Assembly: GCA_021792255.1 (NCBI GenBank)
Contig: JAJYUZ010000004.1
Coordinates: 68,692-132,691 of the forward strand
DNA: 64,000 nt
Reading direction: 5' to 3'
Origin: Thermoplasmata archaeon
GTDB taxonomy: Archaea > Thermoplasmatota > Thermoplasmata > Thermoplasmatales > GCA-001856825
Shown here: positions 1 to 9,937 of the stretch, one piece after another
How positions within the stretch are numbered: the stretch's first letter is position 1
Layout: each line of letters opens with the position of its first letter
Position numbers and translations under genes: made by a program
Notes under the pieces: generated by a model
Seen by the model: only the letters and a program-made list of their open reading frames with translations
What the model was told of the DNA's origin: nothing
The model's database searches: none

Positions 1-989
1 TACTTAGCGGTGGGAGTTTTGAGCTGTTGTTCGTGTTTCAAAGCTTGGCTTCGGTGGGACAGCCATTCGTATATAATGGAATTTCTAAGCTCGCAGGAAA
101 CTGGTTCCCGGAGGGAGAACAAGCTCTTGCAAACGGAATTGCTACCATGGGTCAGATAATTGGTATGATCATTGCGCTTGTGCTTGTCCCCATAATGGTT
201 CCTAGTGCCAGCTTTGCTCTCCTGCAAACCAACATGGTCGTGGTATCCCTCATCGTCACAATATCGGTTGTATTCTTCCTCGTCTTTTCAAAAGAAAATC
301 CGGGCACTATGGTTGTCAGTCCCGTGGTTCAGGAGAAGGTCAGTTTTCAGATTAGACATCTACTCAAGATGAAGAACATGATCCTTCTTATGATTCTCTT
401 CTTGATCGGGGTAGGAATATTCAGTGGTCTGATACAGTGGGTGGAGGCAATTCTGTTTTCAAAAGGAATCTCTTCCCTTTACGGCGGCCTCATCGGAGCA
501 GGAATGCTAATTAGTGGTATCTTTGGGATGGTGATCATACCTCTACTCGCCGATAAGTATTCGAAACTGAAACAGGTGGTGATAGTGAATGCTTTACTGG
601 TTGCAGTACTTCTGTTCCTATTCAGTCTCAGGGTAAATCTACTGTACTACGCAATAATAGGAATCATTCTTGGATTCACTCTGCTCTCTCTGGCTCCGGT
701 CGTCCTTCAGATATCTCTAGAGACTGCTGGAAAGGAACGAGCAGGGACTGCTGCGAGTGTCATCTGGCTGACATCTCAGGTGGGAGCGTTATTCTTCATC
801 CTAATCATGCCTGCTCTCAACACCTTCCAGCTGAGCATGAACATCCTGGTCTCTGATCAGTGGTTCATAGCACTCGTATTCTCCGGAATCACGATGCTGG
901 TGGCGGTGTTACTAGGTGCCATGTTAAATGACACCAGAAAAGGAAAGAGCATCAGACAAGGATCAGAGTCCCCGAAATCTAACTCTTAA
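1..989 (+). CDS. MFS-type transporter, 5'-truncated by window edge
   Basis: Frame is open from the left window edge. About 320 aa are visible, almost entirely hydrophobic with multiple ~20-aa TM segments and a polar C-tail (TRKGKSIRQGSESPKSNS). Family call is by general resemblance only. Confidence 0.55.
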   Translation, partial: LSGGSFELLFVFQSLASVGQPFVYNGISKLAGNWFPEGEQALANGIATMGQIIGMIIALVLVPIMVPSASFALLQTNMVVVSLIVTISVVFFLVFSKENPGTMVVSPVVQEKVSFQIRHLLKMKNMILLMILFLIGVGIFSGLIQWVEAILFSKGISSLYGGLIGAGMLISGIFGMVIIPLLADKYSKLKQVVIVNALLVAVLLFLFSLRVNLLYYAIIGIILGFTLLSLAPVVLQISLETAGKERAGTAASVIWLTSQVGALFFILIMPALNTFQLSMNILVSDQWFIALVFSGITMLVAVLLGAMLNDTRKGKSIRQGSESPKSNS

Positions 990-1006
990 TTATCTCCTTG
1001 GAGGTC

Positions 1007-2551
1007 TCAAGTCGAGTTGCTTTGTCTCAAACTCTTTCTGTTGTTTCGGTAGTAGTCGATGAACTGATGGAATTCTCTTTCGTATAAAGAATTCTCTTCC
1101 ATGTCTGGTAGATGATCCACAAAAGGCGCTCCCAGGTCAGAAAGATCGGAAAACTTCAATTTATCTAATCCCACAGCCGAGATCATAGCTGCGCCATTCA
1201 CGGTCGAGAATCTCTGATCACTGACCACCCTTATCTTTCTACCGAGCACGTTCGCAAATATCGTCGCCCTAAGGGAAGACAATGCACCTCCGCCGCTCAT
1301 GTACAATTCTTCTATCCTCTTTCCAGTGAATTTTTCGACCGTGTTCAGGAGCCACTTAGAGTTAAGCGCAACTCCTTCCATTGTCGACCTAACGACGTCG
1401 GCCTTGTTGTTTTCCAAGGAAAGATTATAGAAACCTCCTCTGACATATGGATCTTCGATCGGGGCCCTTTCTCCGAACAACCAAGGAAGAAACATAAGGC
1501 CCCTAGAACCAGGCTCTGACTTAGAGACCAGGTCATCGATGACGGAATACTTATCTTCCCCTGTAATGTTTAAGAGATCTGAGACGAAGTCCATGCTATT
1601 ACACGCACTTTCTTGCTCTGCTGCAACGAAGTATTTACCAGTAATTCCGCTTGGAAGGGATGCAACATTATGGAATATGTCAGTTTTTTTGAAAGATACG
1701 TGAGAGGTTATCCACGATGAGGTACCCAAATAGATGAGAGATTTGTAATCCTCAATGCACCCTGCTCCTATCAATGAACAGGCGACGTCTCCGCAACCCG
1801 AAACCACTTTCACACCTTTCACCCCGAGCTTGGATTCCACCTCTTCCTTCAACGATCCAACCAAATCAGTAGGCTTGATCACTTGAGGAAGTTTTTCCTT
1901 TAAAATCCCAGACATCCTCAGCAATCCGTCGTCGTAGGTCACGTTCCACGGATCTCTGTTGTCCGTCGACCAAAGCAGGGTCAGATTGTCCCAGGAGGCC
2001 TTGAAATTTCCGGTCAGTTTTGCAGCAATGTAATCTTTTGGTTCCAAGAACTTGTACGTCTTTTCATAGATGTCGGGGAGGTTGTGCTTTATGTATAATA
2101 TATGGGCGAGAGAATCCTTTCCCGAATGGGCTGGTGCGCCTCCCGTTTTTCTCAACCATTTGATCAGCTTGTCGAGCCTGTATCCAGAAATCGAGGGAAA
2201 GCCAGATGTCAGTTTGCTGATTTCATCGCTACCTCGTGTATCCATCCAAATGATTGCATTGCTGATTGCATCACCGTTTCTGTCCACCGGGACTGTTCCG
2301 GACCACTGTCCCGTCAACCCAATTCCCTTTATCTCTAAGCCGTCAGATTCAGCGACTATTTCTTCCATTCCATCCATCACAGAATTATACCACTCTGCCG
2401 GGTTCTGCTCAGCCTCTCCTCCATTTCCTATTTTAAGGCCGTACTTTCTGGTTACTCTCCCCCTAGTCACCCTTTCCTCGTCGACGAGGGAGATCTTCAC
2501 AGAAGATGTTCCGAGATCAATTCCTATAAAAGCATCTTTCATTTTCAACAC
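1007..2551 (-). CDS. FGGY-family carbohydrate kinase (xylulokinase-like)
   Basis: 514-aa ORF. It has N-terminal FIGIDLGTSSVK (actin-fold phosphate-1), GLTGQWSG, and C-terminal LYMSGGGALS, all typical of FGGY sugar kinases. ATG at 2542 is an alternative start. Confidence 0.8.
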   Translation of the reverse strand: MLKMKDAFIGIDLGTSSVKISLVDEERVTRGRVTRKYGLKIGNGGEAEQNPAEWYNSVMDGMEEIVAESDGLEIKGIGLTGQWSGTVPVDRNGDAISNAIIWMDTRGSDEISKLTSGFPSISGYRLDKLIKWLRKTGGAPAHSGKDSLAHILYIKHNLPDIYEKTYKFLEPKDYIAAKLTGNFKASWDNLTLLWSTDNRDPWNVTYDDGLLRMSGILKEKLPQVIKPTDLVGSLKEEVESKLGVKGVKVVSGCGDVACSLIGAGCIEDYKSLIYLGTSSWITSHVSFKKTDIFHNVASLPSGITGKYFVAAEQESACNSMDFVSDLLNITGEDKYSVIDDLVSKSEPGSRGLMFLPWLFGERAPIEDPYVRGGFYNLSLENNKADVVRSTMEGVALNSKWLLNTVEKFTGKRIEELYMSGGGALSSLRATIFANVLGRKIRVVSDQRFSTVNGAAMISAVGLDKLKFSDLSDLGAPFVDHLPDMEENSLYEREFHQFIDYYRNNRKSLRQSNST

Positions 2552-2559
2552 TACCCTGT

Positions 2560-3954
2560 CTAATGGCTATAAAGCCATTCAACGACACTCTTCAAGAAGA
2601 CGTCAGTAGATTCCTTCGGCAACACAGAAGCCATCCCATAGATCGGTGCCATCGATGAGGCCTTGACGCTCCCTTTCTTCACCGAGTCCACTGCACCGCT
2701 AAGGTCTATGACAAATTTCTCCTTAACATCTTCTAAGGTATGCCTGTGAGTAAGAGCAATATGGAATCCTGCAGGATTTGAGAGTCCGTTCAGCATCCAT
2801 CCCCTCTTCGACATAGCCTCCCAGACCAGATAAGGGTCGAATTCCCCAGATGATATTGCTATTACCCAGAGCGGATTTCCAATGTACTTGAGTCCTGGAA
2901 TCTTTTCAATAGATTTCTTGATGTAGTCCCCTGCGTCAAGTATCTTCTTTGCTTCTTGAGTGTAACCATTCCTACCCATCAACAGCATGGCGGCCCAAGC
3001 AGCCACGATAGGGTATCCCGGTCTGCTTCCCAAAAGAGTGGGGGTGAAATATATGCCTCCTTGCCAGGAAGCTGTAGCGTAGATCTGATTTTGGAAATAA
3101 TCGCCATTCCTGTACAACACTACAGACGTTCCTTTCGGGGCGTAACCGTACTTATGAGTATCCATCGAAATCGAGGTCACACCGCTGACGGAGAAATCGA
3201 AGTCTGGAAAATCGTAACCAGCATCCCTCACAAACGGATCCATAAATCCTCCCAGACAGGCGTCGACGTGCATCCCTATCTTCTTATCTTCTGCGACTTC
3301 CGCCAGTTCCTCAATCGGATCGAATGTACCGAACGGGAAATTGGGCATAGATCCTACTATTGCGACAGTGTTTCCACTCATCAGTTCCTTTACCATGGCA
3401 ACGTCTGCTCTATAATTCTCATCCAGTCCGACTATGACTGGCTTGATAGAGAAATACTCGCACGCTTTCAGAAAGGATGGATGAGCGGTTGATGGCAGAA
3501 CTATCTCAGGTTCCGTTATTCCTCTCTTTTTCCTGAAGAAATCCCTGTAGGTCTTCATTGCAAGCAGTATGCTCTCCGTCCCGCCAGATGAAACGGCACC
3601 TCTCACACCATCGTCACCGTGCATCAGCGATGACGACATGCTGACTATTTCTCTCTCGAATTTCGGAATACTGGGCCAAACATCTGGGTGTAGAGCATTT
3701 GTCTGTGATACAAGATGGTATAGTTTCTCGTAGAAAGAAAGTAACGGTTCATCACCATAATAAACTGCCCCTGAAACCTTTCCCTCTTTCCAGGATTGGC
3801 TTTCCTTCTTTGCAAAGCCTGATAAGGTATTTAGCAAGAAATCCTCCCCTAAGCCCTTATCCGGCATCCTGACAAAATTTGATTCGGGTGAGTCGTATGG
3901 TTTTAGATCTTTCTGCAATTCATTTAACACGGAACCAAAATCTATTCCGTTCAT
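2560..3954 (-). CDS. Group II PLP-dependent enzyme, sphingosine-1-phosphate-lyase-like branch
   Basis: 464 aa. The PLP-lysine region SISMDTHKYGYAPKGTSVVLYR followed by WQGGIYFTPTLLGSRPG closely resembles eukaryotic/bacterial S1P lyases as I recall them. No N-terminal TM helix. TAG stop. Confidence 0.75.
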   Translation of the reverse strand: MNGIDFGSVLNELQKDLKPYDSPESNFVRMPDKGLGEDFLLNTLSGFAKKESQSWKEGKVSGAVYYGDEPLLSFYEKLYHLVSQTNALHPDVWPSIPKFEREIVSMSSSLMHGDDGVRGAVSSGGTESILLAMKTYRDFFRKKRGITEPEIVLPSTAHPSFLKACEYFSIKPVIVGLDENYRADVAMVKELMSGNTVAIVGSMPNFPFGTFDPIEELAEVAEDKKIGMHVDACLGGFMDPFVRDAGYDFPDFDFSVSGVTSISMDTHKYGYAPKGTSVVLYRNGDYFQNQIYATASWQGGIYFTPTLLGSRPGYPIVAAWAAMLLMGRNGYTQEAKKILDAGDYIKKSIEKIPGLKYIGNPLWVIAISSGEFDPYLVWEAMSKRGWMLNGLSNPAGFHIALTHRHTLEDVKEKFVIDLSGAVDSVKKGSVKASSMAPIYGMASVLPKESTDVFLKSVVEWLYSH

Positions 3955-4083
3955 GATTTTATAATTGATTCTTCCGTATTTTAACCTTGTCTAATATGAA
4001 AATATCCTTCCCGAACACAGACAAATCTCTGATTTAGAGCGTACTGTAAACTATTATATACGAGAGAATACATATTTATTCAA

Positions 4084-5508
4084 ATGAAGAACAAAGTGCT
4101 ATTTATTGCGCTCCTAATTTCTATCGTGATACTACTTCCTGCCGTAAGTGGCTCTATTTCCCAGCCGGGAGAAAGAACTCCAATAAAACACGTAATAAAC
4201 ATATATTTTGAAAATCATACCTTTGACAACTTCTTTGGAACTTACCCCAGAAATCCCTCTTCTTCTGGACAATCCATCATCGCTAACATTTCTAAACCTC
4301 TCAACCTTCTAAACAATTCGTCTCTATTGAACAGCTTGACACCAGTATCAGCGGGAACGTTCAGCACTCCCAATCCAGTCGAAGGTTATACTGCCTATCA
4401 CTTGGATTGGAACCACGGTGCAATGAATGGTTTTACAACTGGAAGCGGTCCCTCATCTATGACATATTATACCTCGGCTCAATTGGGCCCAATTTGGGAT
4501 CTGTCAGAAGAATATGGAATGGGCGATAGGTACTTCGCATCCACTATTTCTGAAAGCGCTCCAAACACTCTTTATTACCTTGCGGGATTCTCGCCGTTAA
4601 TAAATGACTATGGGCCTCCACCGTCGATTCCAATCAATGAAACTATTTTTGGTGAACTGAACCAGTATAATATCCCATGGGGCGTATACGTAAGCGGAAA
4701 CTACAAGAGTTTCGATATGTCCAGCATGATACAGGGAATAGCGTCTTATTCCAGCGATATCAACAGCTGGAGTACTTTCTTACAGCAGCTGGGAAACGGA
4801 ACACTTCCATCAGTAAGTTACGTGTTTTCTCAAGGTGGGAACGGGTACGACACAGGTGCCCCAGGGAGTCTGCTAAAGGGTGAGTTGTGGCTCCTTGCAT
4901 TGGTAAATGCAATTGAGGCTAGTCCGATCTGGGACAACACGGTCGTGTTCATAACTTGGGATGATCCGGGAGGATACTACGATCAGCTCTCTCCTCCAGT
5001 CGTGGCCGGACAACAACTTGGTATGAGACTCCCATTTATCGTGGTTTCACCATTTGCGAAGGAAAACTACATTTCGAACACTGTCCTGACTCACTCATCT
5101 ATTCTTGCGTTCATTGACTATAATTGGGGAATTCCGGCCTTGAACAGTTTTGTATCCGGGGTGAACATTCCGCTCGACTTCTTTGATTTCAACGTATCAA
5201 GGCCAGCCATGACTTTTAATTTTGGAAACACCATCTCGGTCCCAACGAACCTTGATTTCAACCTTACTTCGAGTGATTCGTCATCAAACCTATCCGCCAC
5301 ATTTCCGCTGAGCCCTCAAATGCCATTCAGTTCTTTGCACTATGCAGCACACGGCGAGATCAATTACACTCTGTCTTCGACAGGGGCTGGTATCCTGGTA
5401 AAGAATGACGTGACGCTGTCTCCCTTCTACGCTTCGCCATACTTGCTTCTGGTACTGATCCTAGCGTGCGTAGCAGTGGTTGAATATCTGCCAAGGAGGA
5501 AGGTGTAA
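4084..5508 (+). CDS. Secreted/anchored phosphoesterase-family protein (phospholipase C / AcpA acid phosphatase-like)
   Basis: N-terminal signal/anchor VLFIALLISIVILLPAVSG. Carries the IKHVINIYFENHTFDNFFGTYP and ITWDDPGGYYD motifs, many N-x-S/T sequons, and a C-terminal TM helix plus RRKV tail. Confidence 0.65.
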   Translation: MKNKVLFIALLISIVILLPAVSGSISQPGERTPIKHVINIYFENHTFDNFFGTYPRNPSSSGQSIIANISKPLNLLNNSSLLNSLTPVSAGTFSTPNPVEGYTAYHLDWNHGAMNGFTTGSGPSSMTYYTSAQLGPIWDLSEEYGMGDRYFASTISESAPNTLYYLAGFSPLINDYGPPPSIPINETIFGELNQYNIPWGVYVSGNYKSFDMSSMIQGIASYSSDINSWSTFLQQLGNGTLPSVSYVFSQGGNGYDTGAPGSLLKGELWLLALVNAIEASPIWDNTVVFITWDDPGGYYDQLSPPVVAGQQLGMRLPFIVVSPFAKENYISNTVLTHSSILAFIDYNWGIPALNSFVSGVNIPLDFFDFNVSRPAMTFNFGNTISVPTNLDFNLTSSDSSSNLSATFPLSPQMPFSSLHYAAHGEINYTLSSTGAGILVKNDVTLSPFYASPYLLLVLILACVAVVEYLPRRKV

Positions 5509-5509
5509 A

Positions 5510-6079
5510 ATGACGACAGCAAGCGAAAAGAAAGGTGCAAAAACACTCTCGGGCATTATTCGGGGAGCTATTCCAGGCTCTTTGCTCACAACGGGCATTT
5601 TGCTTTCCTATGGATACGTCAGCGGAATTATCTACAGTATAGGAGATACGAGACAACTGATACCAGTTTTTACCGGTATAATCATCGGTGCCATCGTTTT
5701 TTCTCTGATCGGTTTTATCCTAAGACCAACACAAATAAACATTATTTCACTGACCATCTTTTCTTTGGTTCTCTTGATTGCAGCCTATGTAATCATATCT
5801 CTCAACTCGCTCGTCCTAAATAGCACCAATATGATGATTGTGGCATTTCTTATGGGTTCGCCAGCAATGGCAGTATCACAACTCGTAGGCGACAGTTCTG
5901 CTCACTATTCTTTCATAAAGAGGGTGATCTTCGGATCCGTTCAGGCTGTTCTCGTAATAGTGTTCATCTTTGTCTTTTCACTGGAGTATGAAATGCAAGG
6001 GCAGGTGAATCTCTATTCCGGTCCGCTACTCTTCCTGGCTCTCTCACTCGCGTATCTAATAGTGTTAAAAACCGTGTGA
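5510..6079 (+). CDS. Hypothetical polytopic membrane protein
   Basis: ATG at 5510 is preceded by aggaggaaggtg. About 189 aa with 5-6 hydrophobic helices. No recognisable motif. The ORF-track start at 5480 is an upstream TTG overlapping the previous gene. Confidence 0.45.
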   Translation: MTTASEKKGAKTLSGIIRGAIPGSLLTTGILLSYGYVSGIIYSIGDTRQLIPVFTGIIIGAIVFSLIGFILRPTQINIISLTIFSLVLLIAAYVIISLNSLVLNSTNMMIVAFLMGSPAMAVSQLVGDSSAHYSFIKRVIFGSVQAVLVIVFIFVFSLEYEMQGQVNLYSGPLLFLALSLAYLIVLKTV

Positions 6080-6189
6080 AAAGATTTCTTGGTGCTTAAG
6101 TTGGAACAGTAAAGTCGATCTTGCTCAAATATTCCAAAAATACCACACGGGCTATCATATTGCTTTGAATAGTTAGAAGCAATCACTCG

Positions 6190-6708
6190 ATGAAAATGAT
6201 CGAATCTCCCTGGGTAGTTTTTTTGGACTTGGACGGCACGCTCTGGGATCATCTAGACATTACAGCTGCTAGTCCACCTTTCACAAGAATTTCCGAATCA
6301 ATAATTTCCGATTCTCTTGGAGTAAGAATCTCATTACTACCAGGAGCAGTCGATTTCATAAAGTGGGTACGTTCAAGTGGAGGAATTATCTCTACATGTA
6401 GCTGGAATGAATACGACAAAGCTATCGGTGCCCTTGAGGCATACGGCATAGTTCATTTGTTCGATTATCAGAAGGTTTCGACTAATCCAAAAAAATATCT
6501 CTTGATGGAGGAAGTGATAAGTAAGCTTGTCCAGAAAGGGGTCTCTGTCAGGATGGACAGACTCTTCTATTTAGACGATAGGGATATTCACATTAGTGAC
6601 GTGAAGGTCAGATTTCCGGAACTGACTTTCTTTCTGATGTGGAAGAACGGGACGAACTACGAAAGCGTAAAGAGTACGATCCTGTCCAAGATCAAAGGAA
6701 CGCAGTGA
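6190..6708 (+). CDS. HAD-superfamily phosphatase (magnesium-dependent phosphatase-1-like)
   Basis: 172 aa. HAD motif I is VVFLDLDGTLWDH, with a later STCSWNE and a C-terminal YLDDRDIH acidic motif. Confidence 0.55.
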   Translation: MKMIESPWVVFLDLDGTLWDHLDITAASPPFTRISESIISDSLGVRISLLPGAVDFIKWVRSSGGIISTCSWNEYDKAIGALEAYGIVHLFDYQKVSTNPKKYLLMEEVISKLVQKGVSVRMDRLFYLDDRDIHISDVKVRFPELTFFLMWKNGTNYESVKSTILSKIKGTQ

Positions 6709-6820
6709 TTCTGAGCGGATTGGGCAAGATATCTGATTTTCGATCACGAGAACTCTCTAGATCAGGAACAAACATAAGAGTTACCCCAAAAATTTAATAT
6801 TGCAAGTTAATGAAAAAAAT

Positions 6821-7243
6821 ATGGCCGAGAAACTCCTTTTCCCCTCCGAAGAATGGATCAAGGATTACTGTTCAGTGTTGTCTCAGTCTCAAGAATATAA
6901 CCGACTGGGACAGGGGTGGAAAGACTCAGTCCAGTTCAAGATAACGGACTTTGCTGACAAGAACTTAGGATTAGATTACGAGTCGTTTGTCCTTGACCTA
7001 AGGGATGGTAGGTGTGAAAGATATCATCTCATCAGGGAGGATGTTGAGAGCGCACCGTTCGTTCTGTACTCGTCATACTCTGACTGGAAACGAATCCTAG
7101 AAGGAAAAGTAAATCCTACCCAAGCTATGCTGAGCGGCGTATTGAAGGTAAAGGGAGATATGGTAACTTTGCTAAAATATGCGGCAGCTGCGACTGAAAT
7201 GGTAAAGGCAGCAGAAAAAATAGAAACCAGATTCGAAATCTAA
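6821..7243 (+). CDS. SCP2 (sterol-carrier-like) domain protein
   Basis: ATG at 6821. The C-terminal segment DWKRILEGKVNPTQAMLSGVLKVKGDMVTLLKYAAA matches the SCP2 lipid-binding fold signature. Confidence 0.6.
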   Translation: MAEKLLFPSEEWIKDYCSVLSQSQEYNRLGQGWKDSVQFKITDFADKNLGLDYESFVLDLRDGRCERYHLIREDVESAPFVLYSSYSDWKRILEGKVNPTQAMLSGVLKVKGDMVTLLKYAAAATEMVKAAEKIETRFEI

Positions 7244-7481
7244 AATATTTTCCAATTCCTAGGGGTCATAGAAGTATGAACAGATATGAATCGACATTTC
7301 TTTTTCTGATTAGTAACAGTAAGTTCCTGTATCTCTTTCTTCCTCTCCACACACCCCTTTTACTGTTGCACGGTGGCGTCAGAGTAGGAGTGGACATCAG
7401 TAGAAGGAAATCATAAAAAGTAAATTGTTTTTCAGCGACGGAAAATCTCATTAACATACATCAGTTTGCTGTTTGATTAAG

Positions 7482-8471
7482 ATGGCCAACAGGTCGGTAG
7501 TTATATTCGCATTCCTTGTTATTTTTATAATGTTGATATCATCTTCTTTCATTATTCCAAGCAGTGCCTACAACAGTGAGGCTCAGCACAGTAATAAGAC
7601 TGCTATGGTTTGGATGGGATTGGAAATTACTGGGGAAAACATAACATCGGACCTTTTATCGATTAGCGCACACAAGGCGGAATTGACGGGGGTCTCCTAT
7701 GAACACTACATCCTTAGCTCTCAAGGTGAACTTGAACCCATCTTGATGATTACTAACGTAACACACTCCATAAAGTCGCTAGGTCTTGAGACTTTTCCAA
7801 TGATAATAAGCGCAAATCTGATTGATTTAGAATATCTTCTAAGCCATCCAACAAATTTCATTTCAAGCGCTGTGTCACAGGCAATTACGTTCGGATACAC
7901 AGGTTATAACATTGACTTTGAACCTTCGCAAGAGGCTAACAGCTCGGTCGCACTGCAGTATTCAATTTTTTTGGATACATTTGCCAACGCTCTCCATGAA
8001 AAGGGGTTTGAATTGACGGTCGATATCGCTTCTTGGAATTCCTTCTGGAATTTTGGTGAGTTGAATAACACTTCTGCAGACATACTCTACGATATGGATA
8101 CCTACGCCTCTCCTTTATTCAATTTTGGTTACGCATTAGAGAATGCTGTGACACAAATTTCCCTTCACAAGCTCGGAGTTGGTTTAATCACTACGAACGT
8201 AAACAATGGATCTAATCTTACGAGCGTCTCTGTCCATTCAAGATTTCAATCTCTTGAATCTGACAATGTTTCAAATGTCGCTGTATGGGATATGCCTCTA
8301 AACAGCTATTGGTGGTCGTATCTTTCACAGTTTCTTGGTGTTAAACACAGCATCATTCCCTTCCCTCTTCTGTACCTTCTTTTTCTAGCGGTTCCCGCGA
8401 TCATGGCGATTGCAGTGTATCTTGGTGTCAAGTCAAATAAACGAAAACGGTTAAACCCTAAAAATATCTAG
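7482..8471 (+). CDS. Extracellular membrane-anchored protein, GH18-like (chitinase/chitobiase-type) catalytic motif
   Basis: Signal peptide VVIFAFLVIFIMLISSSFIIPSSA. GYTGYNIDFEP resembles the GH18 D-x-D-x-E / NIDxE active-site strand. Many N-glycosylation sequons. C-terminal TM anchor plus basic tail KSNKRKR. Confidence 0.4.
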   Translation: MANRSVVIFAFLVIFIMLISSSFIIPSSAYNSEAQHSNKTAMVWMGLEITGENITSDLLSISAHKAELTGVSYEHYILSSQGELEPILMITNVTHSIKSLGLETFPMIISANLIDLEYLLSHPTNFISSAVSQAITFGYTGYNIDFEPSQEANSSVALQYSIFLDTFANALHEKGFELTVDIASWNSFWNFGELNNTSADILYDMDTYASPLFNFGYALENAVTQISLHKLGVGLITTNVNNGSNLTSVSVHSRFQSLESDNVSNVAVWDMPLNSYWWSYLSQFLGVKHSIIPFPLLYLLFLAVPAIMAIAVYLGVKSNKRKRLNPKNI

Positions 8472-8815
8472 GCAGACTCTATCGAGCATAAAAGAGAAAA
8501 TAAGAAATAACGAGGTCTTAAAGTACGATTCGAAGAGTTTAAGGATTCTGAAAAGTCTTCACATTATGAAGTAACGGAATATGCTTGAAAGGTCAAAATT
8601 TCAGAGCTTTGGTTATATCTCCCTGAACTCGATGAGTGGAAAATGTCTTGTCTCCAGTGAGAGGTCGAGATGCACTTGCTTTCTGGGAGACAAAGGACAT
8701 TACAGAGAAACTTATTGCAATCGCTACAAGAAGAATTGCCATCGACAAGGGTTTTTTATTCAATCTTTCTTTACATCTCTGCCAATGTCCACAAATATTG
8801 TACCTGTCTCAGCCA

Positions 8816-9670
8816 TCAGACGACCCCCTCTGGCTGGACTACCTGGTACTTGACGTTATCAAGTATGAAGTAGCTGAATATCCAAAATGAATACATCAAA
8901 GCGATGCTCTGATGTGGTAATGAAGATGCAGCAAACTCACTACCTATTCCAACTCGAAGAATAGAAACATTAGATGATAAATAACTCCTATCTTCCAGAT
9001 ATGATAAGAATGGCGTAAATGCTAATTTAAAGCTCATTGAATCAGATGTATTTATCAATGGAACAAACACATAACTGGGAAAGACACCAGATGCGCTATT
9101 GCCTATATATAGATCCCAAGTCACCTTTTCAGTATCATTATTAATTTGTATGGGGATCACGACAGATACTCCACTAAATGTAGCATTCTGACCTGAATAT
9201 ACCTCTCCCGACAAATCATCAACCAACATAATTTCAACTTCATATTGGGGAGTGGAATTTTTCCCTAGAAACATATCATACGCTACATCATACCTGACCT
9301 GTTGACTTACCTGTTTTATACTGAAAGAAACGAAAGAAGAGAAGTTCCCTTTATATATCTCATTCAATGACAAAGGTAAATTATATGTAAAATGAACCGA
9401 AGGATAGCCAAAAATCCCCACTCCATTCCCTGCGTTGTATAAATCAGTTGAAAGATGAATTGAAGAGTTGTTATAAAGATTCATTACCGTACCACCTCCT
9501 CCTTTGGTAAAATCCCACAAATTCGGGCTGACATATCCATAGCTCGAATTATAGTAAGGATGAGGATTTGACAGATTACCAACAAGAGTTGCAAACGGCC
9601 GTGTTCCAGAAGTCGAGTTCGTGACTGGGATTGTGTTATTATTTCCTGAAGGACTTCTTGGGAACTCCAT
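8816..9670 (-). CDS. Secreted GH12-like glycoside hydrolase (endoglucanase fold); true start probably upstream
   Basis: Motifs NLWDF..GGGG, VAYDMFL, YEVEIMLV (like GH12 E-[IL]-M-[IV]-W) and GIGSEF (acid/base Glu region). An in-frame upstream stretch, KLKAITLVTVTVISIIVIASAFAVN (to 9742), looks like the signal peptide but has no ATG/GTG/TTG. Confidence 0.5.
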   Translation of the reverse strand: MEFPRSPSGNNNTIPVTNSTSGTRPFATLVGNLSNPHPYYNSSYGYVSPNLWDFTKGGGGTVMNLYNNSSIHLSTDLYNAGNGVGIFGYPSVHFTYNLPLSLNEIYKGNFSSFVSFSIKQVSQQVRYDVAYDMFLGKNSTPQYEVEIMLVDDLSGEVYSGQNATFSGVSVVIPIQINNDTEKVTWDLYIGNSASGVFPSYVFVPLINTSDSMSFKLAFTPFLSYLEDRSYLSSNVSILRVGIGSEFAASSLPHQSIALMYSFWIFSYFILDNVKYQVVQPEGVV

Positions 9671-9861
9671 GTTGACGGCAAAAGCCGATGCTATGACGAT
9701 TATCGAAATTACGGTGACTGTGACCAGTGTTATAGCCTTTAATTTCTCACCCTGTGCAGATTAATGACTGCGGGATTTGATACTGTTTCGGTTTAAAACT
9801 TTAGTCGTTTTATGAACCTCCTTTCTATATAAGATAGGGTCTCATAACGACCTGAACTCGA

Positions 9862-9936
9862 TGGGACCGCCGAGATTTGAACTCGGGTCACCAACACCCC
9901 AAGCTGGTAGGATGGTCCAATCTACCCTACGGTCCC
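9862..9936 (-). tRNA. tRNA-Pro (anticodon GGG)
   Basis: Minus-strand sequence is GGGACCG...CCAGC-TTGGGGT-GTTGG...CCGAGTTCAAATCTCGG-CGGTCCC-A. It has a 7-bp acceptor stem, a T-arm with TTCAAAT loop, an anticodon loop reading GGG, and G37. Lies directly downstream of rpoN. Confidence 0.9.
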
Positions 9937-9937
9937 T

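Noticed and set aside
2070-3492. Plus-strand ORFs 2070..2609, 2102..2338 and 2956..3492 overlapping the FGGY kinase and PLP enzyme
   Set aside because: These are antisense shadow ORFs within strongly supported minus-strand genes, with low-complexity composition.
8566-8890. Three mutually overlapping plus-strand ORFs (8581..8853, 8636..8890, 8670..8873) and a 49-aa minus-strand ORF with a signal-peptide-like start (8742..8593, MAILLVAIAISFSVMSFVSQKASA...)
   Set aside because: The plus ORFs overlap in all three frames, have no motifs, and run into the GH12-like gene. The 49-aa ORF is plausible as a small secreted peptide but is too short to support without conservation data.
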